Positions 28,850-37,972 of a stretch of DNA of 48,320 bases are shown here, piece after piece. This stretch comes from Pseudomonadota bacterium (GTDB lineage: Bacteria > Pseudomonadota > Gammaproteobacteria > Xanthomonadales > SZUA-36): positions 1-48,320 of the forward strand of contig JADFKH010000001.1 in the NCBI GenBank assembly GCA_022565025.1, in the 5' to 3' direction. Below the pieces are notes generated by a model, which was not told the origin of the DNA, did no database searches, and saw nothing but the letters and a program-made list of their open reading frames with translations. Within the stretch, counting starts at the first letter, position 1. Each line of letters starts with the position of its first letter. The translations under genes were made by a program, and so were the position numbers.

Positions 28850-29068
28850 ATGGATAGCACAACTATAGAGCAAATGATCCGTGAAGGATTGCCGGGTGCG
28901 GAGGTTAGCGTCAGCGGTAACGATGGCGTACATTTCGAAGCACATGTCGTTTACGAGTCGTTCCGTGGGAAGGCTACGCTGCAGCGCCACCGCATGGTGT
29001 ATGCGGCCCTGGGCGAACTGATGGGAAATGAAATCCACGCCCTGGGCTTGCATACAGAAGTTCCCTAA
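28850..29068 (+). CDS. ibaG: BolA-family protein IbaG/YrbA-like
   Basis: 72 aa. VSGNDGVHFEAHVVYESFRGKATLQRHRMVY...IHALGLHT matches the BolA/IbaG fold signature. Confidence 0.8.
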   Translation: MDSTTIEQMIREGLPGAEVSVSGNDGVHFEAHVVYESFRGKATLQRHRMVYAALGELMGNEIHALGLHTEVP

Positions 29069-29082
29069 ACGCGCTAGGGCCT

Positions 29083-30648
29083 CTAGTCGACCGCCACGCT
29101 CGCGGCGGTGATCTGTACGTGAATCCGGCGCTCCAAATCGCTGGCGTTTTCCATCTTGATACCGGTATTGACCCGGTCTAGTTTGCCGCCTTTCAGGGGA
29201 CCCCGGTAGCTCATCTTGCCCTGGTGAGTCTGGCCCTGTTCATCCAGCCAAACATAACTGATTTCGATATCTATCATCGACACGCGCGTCAGGTTTTCAA
29301 GCCGGAACCAGATCATGTTGTGTGCATCAATCTCCGCCCTTGAACCGACGTATCGCGACGGATTGTTTGCCAGGTCCTGGATCAGCAGTTCCCGGTTGGC
29401 CTTCTGACCAGATTCTGAATCAGACTGGGCGGCAATCCTGAAGTGGTCGCTGGCACTGTCCAGACTGCCTTCGTCCTTGTCCATTTTTCCCAGCAGGTAG
29501 TGCGCTTCGGCAGTGGGCATCAGCGCCACACTTTTGGCCAGGTCTGAACGTGCGGCTTGGGGCTTGTCCTGATTGTATTCCACTTGCCCCTTGCGCAGAT
29601 AAGCATAAAAAAAGTCAGGATTGGTGTTAATGGCTTTCTGGTAGGAAGCCAGGGCCTGTTCCGGCTTCTTATGCAGTGCATGAATGTCCCCCTGCAGGGA
29701 ATGGAACAGTGATTCGCGTGGTTCGATTGCCATCGCTTCGTTCAGTTTGTCCTGGGCACGTTCCAGTTTATCGTTGCTGAGGGCCTTGTTGGCCTCATCA
29801 AAAGCGTCATAGGCTGGCTGTACTCTTCTCAGGAATTGCGTTCTTTGAGCGTATCTGGCCCGGCCGAAATTGCCTTCTTCAGGCAGTTCCCTGGCCATTT
29901 TTTGATTGCGCTCGAGGCGTTCACGCGATGGTGGGTGAGAGGCGAACAGGCCACTCATCCAATCTTCGTTGCGGCTCTTGGAAAGCTCGACGAAGGCCTC
30001 CTGCAATTCGACAGCTCCCAGCGGGTTGTAGCCCGCTTCGGACATGTACAACATCCCGTACTCATCTGCTTCGAGTTCTGCGTCCCTGCTGTATTTTTGG
30101 CTGAGGAGTTGGGCACCCAGCGCCGGAACCATCAGCGCGACCTCACGCGTTGTTTTTGAATCCACGCTGCCCAGGATGACCATGCTGACCACGGCGCCGA
30201 TCTGTGTCAGCATGCCCTTCGACTGAGCGCGGGCTCCGTGAGCGGCATCGGCGTGGACAATTTCGTGGCCGAGCACGGCGGCGAGTTCTGCTTCGGAATC
30301 GAGTTCCATTAACAGGCCGCGATTGATTACAATTTTACCCCCCGGCAGCGCCCAAGCATTTGGGCTGGAGTCATTCAGGATGGAAAATTCAAAGTCCAGT
30401 TGATCTTTTCTGCGTGCCCGGTCAGCCAGTTGCTTGCCCACGCTCTGAATGTATCGCGTCAACTCGGGATCGAGAATGAACTCGCCGCCCTGGGCCTGCT
30501 TCATGGGCGCATACATCGCGGCCCCCACTTTTTGTTCCCACTCAGCCCCGTAGACCTGGAGGTGCCGCTTGCCGGTTACCGGGTTTACCGCACAGGCTGA
30601 AACGCCGGTGATGCCAATCATCACGGCCAGGATCCATTGTTTCATCAT
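29083..30648 (-). CDS. M48-family zinc metalloprotease lipoprotein with TPR repeats and an extra C-terminal domain
   Basis: Lipobox ITGVSAC. HEIVHADAAH (HExxH) with SPNAWALPGGKIV upstream. TPR-like helices fall in residues ~280-400, leaving a ~100-aa C-terminal region I cannot assign. Confidence 0.8.
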   Translation of the reverse strand: MMKQWILAVMIGITGVSACAVNPVTGKRHLQVYGAEWEQKVGAAMYAPMKQAQGGEFILDPELTRYIQSVGKQLADRARRKDQLDFEFSILNDSSPNAWALPGGKIVINRGLLMELDSEAELAAVLGHEIVHADAAHGARAQSKGMLTQIGAVVSMVILGSVDSKTTREVALMVPALGAQLLSQKYSRDAELEADEYGMLYMSEAGYNPLGAVELQEAFVELSKSRNEDWMSGLFASHPPSRERLERNQKMARELPEEGNFGRARYAQRTQFLRRVQPAYDAFDEANKALSNDKLERAQDKLNEAMAIEPRESLFHSLQGDIHALHKKPEQALASYQKAINTNPDFFYAYLRKGQVEYNQDKPQAARSDLAKSVALMPTAEAHYLLGKMDKDEGSLDSASDHFRIAAQSDSESGQKANRELLIQDLANNPSRYVGSRAEIDAHNMIWFRLENLTRVSMIDIEISYVWLDEQGQTHQGKMSYRGPLKGGKLDRVNTGIKMENASDLERRIHVQITAASVAVD

Positions 30649-30653
30649 GTTTT

Positions 30654-31316
30654 TTACACCAACCTATCATCAGCTTGCAGCAGCAGGGGGTGCTCCAAGC
30701 TGTTCTCGTCTACCAACACCTCGGCGCCGCTGTATTCGACCCTGTGCTGCGTGAAGAATTCAATAGTGGACACAAGCAGCCTGTGCTCCATCGGCGCGAG
30801 CCTGGCTGCCAGCTTGTGCTTGTCGTCACCGGCCAACACCGGCAACCGGACCTGAGAAATCACCGGCCCGCCATCCAGTTCGCCGGTAACAAAATGTATG
30901 CTGGCGCCATGTTCCCGGTCGCCGGCATCCAGTACACGCTGATAGGTATCCGTGCCCCGGTATAGTGGCAGTAAGGAAGGGTGGAGGTTGATCAACCGTC
31001 CCTTGAAAGGGTCCAGAACCGCGGATCCTACAATGCGCATGAAGCCTGCCAGTATGACCCAGTGGGGCTTGCCTGCGCCGATCAGCAGACCAAGCGCACG
31101 ATCGAACTTGTTCCGGTGTGCAAAGTCCTGGTGTTCGACAATGCTTGCGGGGATGCCCGCTCTACTCGCCCTTTCCAGGCCCCTGGCGTCTGCCTGGTTG
31201 CTGATAACACCCACGATGTCAATGTCGATCCGCCCTTCATCCCGCGCATCAATCAGTGCTTGCAGATTGCTGCCGCTGCCGGAAATCAGCACGCACACCC
31301 TGAGTCTAGCCCGCAT
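30654..31316 (-). CDS. purN: Phosphoribosylglycinamide formyltransferase
   Basis: VLISGSGSNLQALI, NLHPSLLP and SIHFVTGELDGGP. ATG 31316 is preferred over TTG 31322. Confidence 0.92.
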   Translation of the reverse strand: MRARLRVCVLISGSGSNLQALIDARDEGRIDIDIVGVISNQADARGLERASRAGIPASIVEHQDFAHRNKFDRALGLLIGAGKPHWVILAGFMRIVGSAVLDPFKGRLINLHPSLLPLYRGTDTYQRVLDAGDREHGASIHFVTGELDGGPVISQVRLPVLAGDDKHKLAARLAPMEHRLLVSTIEFFTQHRVEYSGAEVLVDENSLEHPLLLQADDRLV

Positions 31317-31322
31317 ACTCAA

Positions 31323-32372
31323 TCACAAGTACTGTACCTGTTGTGAGCCGTTGCCGTGAGTCACTTCCCCAATGACATGGCAGTCAATGTCATGGCTGGC
31401 CGCTGCTGATATCAACCCTTCGACGGTTTCCTTTCTTGCCAGCATCACCATGCCGATCCCGCAATTGAAAGTGCGCAGCATATCCTGCTCGCCAATACTA
31501 CCGTTGTGCTGCAACCAGTTGAATATTGCCGGGCGACGCCAGCTACGGGTATCGATGGTCAGGCCCAGGTTGCCGGGCAAAACCCGCACGATGTTTTCCG
31601 TCAGCCCACCACCGGTGATGTGCGCCAAGCCGTCAATGTGCCCGGATTTCAGCAGTTCCAGGATCGGTTTGACGTAAATTCGGGTCGGAGCCAGCAGCGC
31701 ATCACCCAGTCTGGTGGGGTTGTCCCCATCTGCCGACAGCCTGTCGTCCAGCTCGGCACCGGAAACTTCGATGACTTTCCTGATCAATGAATACCCGTTG
31801 GAATGGGGCCCGCTGGACGCCATGCCAATGAGCTGGTGGCCAGTTTCAATGCGCTTGCCGTCCAGCACTTGTGAGCGCTCGACCGCACCGACGGCAAAAC
31901 CGGCCAGGTCATAGTCGCCGTCACGATACATGCCCGGCATCTCTGCCGTTTCGCCGCCAATCAGGGCACAACCGGCCTGGCGGCAACCTTCGGCAATCCC
32001 TGTAATGACCGACTCAGCTTCGTCCAGCTGCAATTTCCCGGTGGCGAAGTAATCCAGGAAGAACAGGGGTTCTGCGCCGCTGGTGAGAATGTCATTGACA
32101 CACATGGCAACCAGGTCGATGCCGATTGTGTCGTGGCGACCCAGCTGGCGCGCCAGCATTAACTTGGTGCCGACACCGTCCGTGCCGGAAACCAGCAGCG
32201 GATTTCTCCACTTATTCAAATCCAGCTCGAACAGTGCGCCAAAGCCACCAAGACCGGTCAGGACTTCGGGACGCATGGTGTTTTTTACGGCCGGCTTGAT
32301 CCGTTCGACCAGTTCATTTCCGGCATCGATGTCGACTCCCGCATCGCGGTAGGAGAGGCTGTTTTTCGGCAT
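31323..32372 (-). CDS. purM: Phosphoribosylformylglycinamidine cyclo-ligase
   Basis: [31 protein letters not shown] and [11 protein letters not shown] 32372 is preferred over TTG 32387. Confidence 0.93.
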   Translation of the reverse strand: MPKNSLSYRDAGVDIDAGNELVERIKPAVKNTMRPEVLTGLGGFGALFELDLNKWRNPLLVSGTDGVGTKLMLARQLGRHDTIGIDLVAMCVNDILTSGAEPLFFLDYFATGKLQLDEAESVITGIAEGCRQAGCALIGGETAEMPGMYRDGDYDLAGFAVGAVERSQVLDGKRIETGHQLIGMASSGPHSNGYSLIRKVIEVSGAELDDRLSADGDNPTRLGDALLAPTRIYVKPILELLKSGHIDGLAHITGGGLTENIVRVLPGNLGLTIDTRSWRRPAIFNWLQHNGSIGEQDMLRTFNCGIGMVMLARKETVEGLISAAASHDIDCHVIGEVTHGNGSQQVQYL

Positions 32373-32528
32373 TTTTGTGTGGTTCAATGAGGTGTCCAGA
32401 CGATAGCAGATTCGTTATGGGGCCCAGTCAGTATATGGTATCTTATTTGTCTGGTAGATTGCGCTCAGGCTCATTTATTTCCATTTTCCTGCATACAAGG
32501 AACCATGAGAACAGTTTTGTAGATATTT

Positions 32529-33491
32529 GTGATGATCCTGTTGCCTGCCGGCACCGGCTTTGCGGCGCCCGCAGGGCTCTACACGGGTGAAGTGCCGGTA
32601 GCAAGCCAGCAGAAATCAGAACGCAATCGTGCCTTGCCCTTGGCTTTGAAACAAGTACTGAAAAAACTCAGTGGCCGGGGTAGTTTTGAAGATTTTCCTC
32701 TGGTGGAGCCGGCGCTTGACAGTGCTGCTTCGATTGTCGTTTCCTTCCATTACCGGAATGTGGAATCCATCCTGGCGGACAACAGTGTATCCAATCAATT
32801 ACACCTGGTTGCGCGGTTCGCACAAGAGGAAGTCAATCAACTACTGAGGAAACTGCAGTTGCCCCTGTGGCCTGCAGAACGCCAGCCGGTGGAAATCTGG
32901 GTGGTCGTGGACGACGGTATGGGCCGTCGTATCATGCCGGTTGAATACGCTTACGCCTGGCAGTCAATGAACGAAATCGCTGCAGCAAGGGGACAGCCGG
33001 TGTCATGGCCGCAGCCGGATGAGGAAGGAATCTTTCCGGTCGATGCACAATTGCTCTGGGGAGGTTATACGGAGGATATTACCGGGCAGGATGGCGCAGT
33101 CCTGATAGCCGCAGCGCGGCGCGAAGGAACTGAATGGAGCGTGCGGCTCAATTTGGCCTACGGTGGTCAAAACTGGGCCTGGCGTCAGCATGATGTTGAT
33201 CTGCAGCAAGCACTCAGCGATAGCATGCACGAGGCGGTGAATCGGGTTGCGGAGGCGAACACCATTGCCGCAATTGACCAGGGGAAATGGTTGCACGAAC
33301 TGACGGTGACCGGTATCGAGGGTGCAGACGATTACCGTCGCTGCCTCGACTATTTACAGAATCTCAGCATTGTGAACCGTGTTTCCGTCACCGCTGCGAG
33401 TCGGGGAATGGTCCGTTTCAGCCTGGAGCTGAACGCCATGCCCATCTATCTGGATGAGGTCCTGGCCAGGAAAAAGTGCGATGACGCCTGA
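32529..33491 (+). CDS. DUF2066-type secreted protein. The annotated start (GTG 32529 / ATG 32532) is downstream of an in-frame TAG.
   Basis: 320-aa ORF in the conserved purM-divergent position followed by an AI-2E transporter and hda, as in Pseudomonas-like genomes. The family assignment comes from synteny and recollection, not from a search. Confidence 0.6.
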   Translation: MMILLPAGTGFAAPAGLYTGEVPVASQQKSERNRALPLALKQVLKKLSGRGSFEDFPLVEPALDSAASIVVSFHYRNVESILADNSVSNQLHLVARFAQEEVNQLLRKLQLPLWPAERQPVEIWVVVDDGMGRRIMPVEYAYAWQSMNEIAAARGQPVSWPQPDEEGIFPVDAQLLWGGYTEDITGQDGAVLIAAARREGTEWSVRLNLAYGGQNWAWRQHDVDLQQALSDSMHEAVNRVAEANTIAAIDQGKWLHELTVTGIEGADDYRRCLDYLQNLSIVNRVSVTAASRGMVRFSLELNAMPIYLDEVLARKKCDDA

Positions 33492-34563
33492 TTCACGACA
33501 ATGGTTTTTGCTGGCGCTGGCGGCTGCATTTTTCTGGCTGGTCTACCGGCTCGCACCGGTCATTACACCCTTCGTGATTTCGGCAGCATTGGCGTACCTG
33601 GGCGATCCCGTTGTCGACCGGCTTGAAAAAGTCAGCATCGGTAAGTGGCACATCAGCAGGACTCTGGCGGTCTCCATCGTGTTTATCCTGATGACGGGGG
33701 GGCTGTTCCTCCTTTTCCTGATTGTTTTTCCATTGCTGCAGAAACAGGTGGAGCACCTCGTGCGCAGTGTTCCCGGAGCACTGGAGTGGTTCGCCGGCAC
33801 CGTGCTGCCCTGGCTCCAGGCCAAACTGGGCCTGACCAGTCTGTCGCTGGACACCGAGACCATCACCCATGCGCTGCAGGCCTACTGGAAAGAGCTCAGT
33901 TCTGCCACGTTGAGTGTACTGGGCACCGTTTCGAGGAGCGGCCAGGCTGTGCTGGGCTGGTTGATCAACCTGGTTCTGATCCCCGTGGTCACTTTTTACC
34001 TGTTGCGGGATTGGGACCTGCTGGTCGACGGAATCCGCAAGTTGCTACCCAGAAGAATCGAGTCGGCTGTCATCCGCTTGAGCAGCGAAATCAATGAGGT
34101 CCTGGCGGCCTTTGTTCGCGGGCAGTTGATCGTCATGTTTGCGCTCGGTGTCATCTACACCGCAGGTTTATGGCTGCTTGGCCTGGACCTGGCTTTTATC
34201 ATTGGCATGGGCGCCGGCCTGCTCAGCATTGTTCCTTACCTGGGGACAATGGTCGGCCTGGTTGCCGCGGTCCTGGCCGCTGCTTTCCAGTTCCAGGATT
34301 TGTTCTCTATGGCCATGGTCCTGTTGGTTTTTGCCGTCGGACAAACGCTGGAAGGGATGGTGCTTACACCAAGACTGGTTGGGGACCGGATTGGCCTGCA
34401 TCCGGTTGCCGTCATATTTGCGATCCTGGCCGGTGGTCAGTTGTTTGGTTTCCTGGGCATTCTGCTTGCCTTGCCCGTGACCGCAGCGCTGAACGTCCTG
34501 GTCCGGCACCTGCGGGATGAATATACAAAAAGCACTCTCTACCATGAAGATGAGGAGTGCTAG
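33481..34563 (+). CDS. AI-2E family transporter (PerM/YhhT-like permease)
   Basis: About 360 aa, polytopic, with the conserved C-terminal block P.L.G....HP....FA...G..LFG..G..LA.P. ATG 33481 overlaps the upstream stop. Confidence 0.8.
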   Translation: MTPDSRQWFLLALAAAFFWLVYRLAPVITPFVISAALAYLGDPVVDRLEKVSIGKWHISRTLAVSIVFILMTGGLFLLFLIVFPLLQKQVEHLVRSVPGALEWFAGTVLPWLQAKLGLTSLSLDTETITHALQAYWKELSSATLSVLGTVSRSGQAVLGWLINLVLIPVVTFYLLRDWDLLVDGIRKLLPRRIESAVIRLSSEINEVLAAFVRGQLIVMFALGVIYTAGLWLLGLDLAFIIGMGAGLLSIVPYLGTMVGLVAAVLAAAFQFQDLFSMAMVLLVFAVGQTLEGMVLTPRLVGDRIGLHPVAVIFAILAGGQLFGFLGILLALPVTAALNVLVRHLRDEYTKSTLYHEDEEC

Positions 34564-34592
34564 TGTAGTACACCTTTTAAGGAGTACCCGTA

Positions 34593-35291
34593 TTGTTCTC
34601 ACCTCAGATTCCGCTGCAACTGGAGCCCGGGAGGCTGGATCGCTTTGAAGATTTTGTCCCTGGCCCCAATCAGAACGTCCTGCTTGCGACCAGGCAATTG
34701 CTGGATGAACCAGGCGGCAGCCTTTTTCTCTGGGGGCCTGGAGGCTCCGGCAAAACACATTTGCTGAATGCACTTTGTCATGCAGCCCGTGAAAAGGGGC
34801 TGGGTGCTTTTTACATTGCTTTGCAGCATCTGCCGGATGAGGCTGCCGCCGGTCTCGATGGTCTTCAGGGCCTGGACCTGGTCTGCGTGGACGACCTGGA
34901 CAGCGTGGTCGGCAAGCCTGTATGGGAGCTGGCGCTGTTTCGCTGCTTCAATGAAGTGCGTGCCGCGAGTGGCCGCCTGGTGGTCAGTAGTCGCTTGAGC
35001 TTGTCGTCCCTGCAATTTAACCTTCCCGATCTGCAGTCCAGGCTGGCCTGGGGGCTGAGACTGAATCTGTGCTTGCCCGATGATGAGGGCAAGCTGCAGG
35101 TGCTGCAACAGCGCGCCCGGGCATTGGGAATTGAATTGCCCCGGGATGTGCAGCGTTACCTTATTAAACACAGCAAGCGGGACATGGGCTCCTTGCTTAC
35201 GATGCTTGAGCGACTCAAGGACGCAGCATTCGTTGCCAAGCGCAGGATAACGGTTCCGCTGGCAAGGGAAATTCTGGTTAGGAACCGTTAG
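34593..35291 (+). CDS. hda: DnaA regulatory inactivator Hda
   Basis: 232 aa, appears collinear with E. coli Hda: QLPLQL N-terminus (clamp-binding-like), GPGGSGKTHLL, LVCVDDLD, PDLQSRLAWG, RDMGSL. TTG start. Confidence 0.88.
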   Translation: MFSPQIPLQLEPGRLDRFEDFVPGPNQNVLLATRQLLDEPGGSLFLWGPGGSGKTHLLNALCHAAREKGLGAFYIALQHLPDEAAAGLDGLQGLDLVCVDDLDSVVGKPVWELALFRCFNEVRAASGRLVVSSRLSLSSLQFNLPDLQSRLAWGLRLNLCLPDDEGKLQVLQQRARALGIELPRDVQRYLIKHSKRDMGSLLTMLERLKDAAFVAKRRITVPLAREILVRNR

Positions 35292-35334
35292 GAACCTGAT
35301 TGTTATACTGATACGAACCCAAAAAGGACAACAA

Positions 35335-36120
35335 ATGGACATGGATCTTCTGAACAAGCTCGAAATCACGCGCAATTGGTTACCCAGGTACACGGGCATG
35401 CCGCTGGACCGCTTCGGCAAGTATATCCTGCTGACCAATTTCAGGAACTACATGCAGTATTTTTCTGAGCAGTTCGACTGCGAAATTCTCGGTGAGGATC
35501 GCGCCATGCAGGCCGCCACTAATGATAATGGGCTGACCATCATTAATTTTGGTATCGGTTCGAGCAATGCTGCGACCATCATGGACCTGCTCGCTGCGAT
35601 TGCACCCAAGGGCGTATTATTTCTTGGGAAATGCGGTGGTCTGAAGAAATCCACCGAAATTGGACACTTTATTTTGCCCATTGCGGCGATCCGGGGAGAG
35701 GGTACCAGCGATGACTACTTTCCGCCGGCGGTACCGGCCCTGCCGTCGTTCAAACTGCATAAGTTCGTTTCCGACAAGATACTGGCGCACGGCGTCGATT
35801 ACCGGTCAGGTGTGGTCTACACAACCAATCGTCGGGTCTGGGAGCATGATGCAGCATTTCACCGCAAGCTTCATCGAATGACCTGTATCGGGATTGACAT
35901 GGAAACAGCTACCCTGTTTATCGTGGGCCATGCCAACGAAATTGCTCGTGGTGCCCTGTTGCTGGTTTCCGACGTGCCGGTCACGCCGGACGGTGTGAAA
36001 ACTGAGGAATCAGATAAGAAAGTCACCCAGGATTGGGTGCATCTTCATCTCCGGATCGGCATTGAAGCCATGACCGACCTGGGCCACAAAGGCGAAAAAA
36101 TCAAACACTTCCGTTATTGA
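35335..36120 (+). CDS. Short AMP-nucleosidase-like nucleoside phosphorylase (PNP_UDP_1 catalytic domain only)
   Basis: 261 aa. It aligns by eye to the C-terminal catalytic half of E. coli Amn (INFGIGSSNAAT, LGKCGGL, GIDMETAT, LLLVSDVP) and lacks the Amn N-terminal regulatory domain. Confidence 0.7.
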   Translation: MDMDLLNKLEITRNWLPRYTGMPLDRFGKYILLTNFRNYMQYFSEQFDCEILGEDRAMQAATNDNGLTIINFGIGSSNAATIMDLLAAIAPKGVLFLGKCGGLKKSTEIGHFILPIAAIRGEGTSDDYFPPAVPALPSFKLHKFVSDKILAHGVDYRSGVVYTTNRRVWEHDAAFHRKLHRMTCIGIDMETATLFIVGHANEIARGALLLVSDVPVTPDGVKTEESDKKVTQDWVHLHLRIGIEAMTDLGHKGEKIKHFRY

Positions 36121-36132
36121 AAACGGAACTCA

Positions 36133-37893
36133 TTACTTGAAGGTCATTCTGCTGTCGGCTTCGAATCCTTCCGGGGTGAATCGAAACGTTGTGTAACTCC
36201 GGTCGGAAAAAGACTTGATGGCCTGCTGGGTAGACGCCAAGATGTTACCAAGTGATTGCTGTACTGCTTCCTGCTCGGGGTCTGTTGCAGAAGATTCGTC
36301 TAGTTTCTGTTCAAACTGGTTTCCCAGTTTCTGAGTGTATTCGAGATAAGTCGCCATGTCGTAGCCGATGGACATAAAAGTGCCGGCCGGGCCGTCTTCC
36401 TCTTCCAGGTAACCGGGCAAGCTGGCTTCTTCGCCATCGCCGATGGACAGACCGATCGCCTCGGCTGAAAGGGCGGCGAAAGCGACTACGTCCTCAATCG
36501 GGAGCAAAGAGGCGGGTAACTGGACAGGAGGTTCGCCGGGAGCGAGTGTCAGTTCAGACAGGTCCGGCAGGAACATCTGGGCCATGCCGACGAACATTTC
36601 CGGTTGATCGACATGCACCGCAATCAATCCGCGGCCGTTCACCGGCAGGGAATCCGTTTCTGTGATCTCACTCAGACTCAAGCGCAGGCCGCGGAAGTTG
36701 TTCACCAGAGGGGGCATCGGCTGGTTGAGCTGGGTGAACGCTTCTGCTGCGCTCTCATTGAGCGATTGAAAATGCTCACACCGGTAAGGGTTTTCCATGA
36801 TGGCGGCGGCTTTTTCCCGCAGAAAATCGCGTACTGCCCCGAATCGCATGCCGAATGAGAATTCGAGGAGGCGCTCTGACAATGGGTTTGCTGCGGGTAT
36901 CCCGGCTACCAGCCCCACCAGTTGCTGCGCCAATGTTGTTTTGGTTTCCACGCGGTACTGGATGGCGATGGCGGTCGTCGTCAGTTCCCGGGTGCCCACG
37001 GTCATGCGTGGCGTGTTGCTGACTATACCGCGGATTTCAGTGATGCATTCTGGTGTCATTTCAGCCGGATCGAAATGGCCACTTGTTGCCATGACCCGGG
37101 CGATAATCGTACCCGGAGCGATGAATTCCTCGACCAGGCGGTCGAGATCCAGGATGCCCGAACCATAAGCTGTATAACCGTGTTTGGCGTTCAGTTCGGC
37201 CAAACGGGTTGCCGCGTTTGAGTCCCCAGGCATTTCCAGCCCGAGGAATGCGGGCAGCAATTGGGTTTCGGCCATCGGGGGAAAAATACTCATGGCCAAG
37301 TGATTTTCAAGGATCGTGATGTACAGGCCGACAGGCTCATTACCCGTTTCACCATCGCTGAGCCGCCAATAGGAAACGCCCTGGTGATCCAGTTGTGGAG
37401 CGTCGATCCCCGCGTTCGCCAGCACGCGCTGGATGGTTGCGCGCAAGACGCCAGCATCTGACAGGCCCATTCGCATGACAGGGAAAATGCCCATGCCATA
37501 CACGACCTTGTTTGAGCTAAGGTCAAATCCCAGGCTCTCCATACCTTGCCTGCTGAATTTTCCATCGAGTTCCTGCAAGATGGCGTGTACCAGTCTTGCA
37601 CTGTCGTCACCGTGATTCGCAACGGTCCTTTCCGCCATTGCCTGCCTGGCTTTGCCCAGTTCGTTTTGGACGGATTCAAGAACCGGCTGAATGCGCTGCA
37701 GGAATACCTCGATGACTTCGTCAGGCGTGGGTTTCAGGTTGCCGGCCAGGTAGGGTGTGTCGGCAGGCACATAGTCAAACAGGGTGTTGTCCGTTTTTTC
37801 AAGCGCCACTTCTACCGCGTTCTCATTCTTGCTGCAAGCGGCTAGCAGCAGCAGTGAAGCAGTCCCAATGGCCAACAGGCGCAAATAACTCAT
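36133..37893 (-). CDS. Large lipoprotein of unknown function (586 aa)
   Basis: Start set at ATG 37893, preceded by GAGGAA. The signal peptide MSYLRLLAIGTASLLLLAAC has lipobox LAAC. I recognise no catalytic motif. Confidence 0.7.
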   Translation of the reverse strand: MSYLRLLAIGTASLLLLAACSKNENAVEVALEKTDNTLFDYVPADTPYLAGNLKPTPDEVIEVFLQRIQPVLESVQNELGKARQAMAERTVANHGDDSARLVHAILQELDGKFSRQGMESLGFDLSSNKVVYGMGIFPVMRMGLSDAGVLRATIQRVLANAGIDAPQLDHQGVSYWRLSDGETGNEPVGLYITILENHLAMSIFPPMAETQLLPAFLGLEMPGDSNAATRLAELNAKHGYTAYGSGILDLDRLVEEFIAPGTIIARVMATSGHFDPAEMTPECITEIRGIVSNTPRMTVGTRELTTTAIAIQYRVETKTTLAQQLVGLVAGIPAANPLSERLLEFSFGMRFGAVRDFLREKAAAIMENPYRCEHFQSLNESAAEAFTQLNQPMPPLVNNFRGLRLSLSEITETDSLPVNGRGLIAVHVDQPEMFVGMAQMFLPDLSELTLAPGEPPVQLPASLLPIEDVVAFAALSAEAIGLSIGDGEEASLPGYLEEEDGPAGTFMSIGYDMATYLEYTQKLGNQFEQKLDESSATDPEQEAVQQSLGNILASTQQAIKSFSDRSYTTFRFTPEGFEADSRMTFK

Positions 37894-37972
37894 ACCACAT
37901 TCCTCGGATTCATTACGTGTAAAGGTGTTATACCACACTACAACACTATACACAAGAAAATACAATAAGGAT

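Noticed and set aside
28700-29053. 117-aa minus-strand ORF covering the yrbG-ibaG intergenic region and ibaG.
   Set aside because: It is antisense to the well-supported BolA-family gene, and it has no RBS and no recognisable motifs.
34561-34568. Recurring TAGTGTAG/CTACACTA octamer in intergenic spots (34561, 39689/39701 and a related acactacaacacta at ~37935) as a possible regulator binding motif.
   Set aside because: An 8-mer is expected about once or twice by chance in 48 kb on two strands. Two of the hits are simply the two arms of one hairpin, and the third is imperfect. The evidence is too weak to call a motif family.
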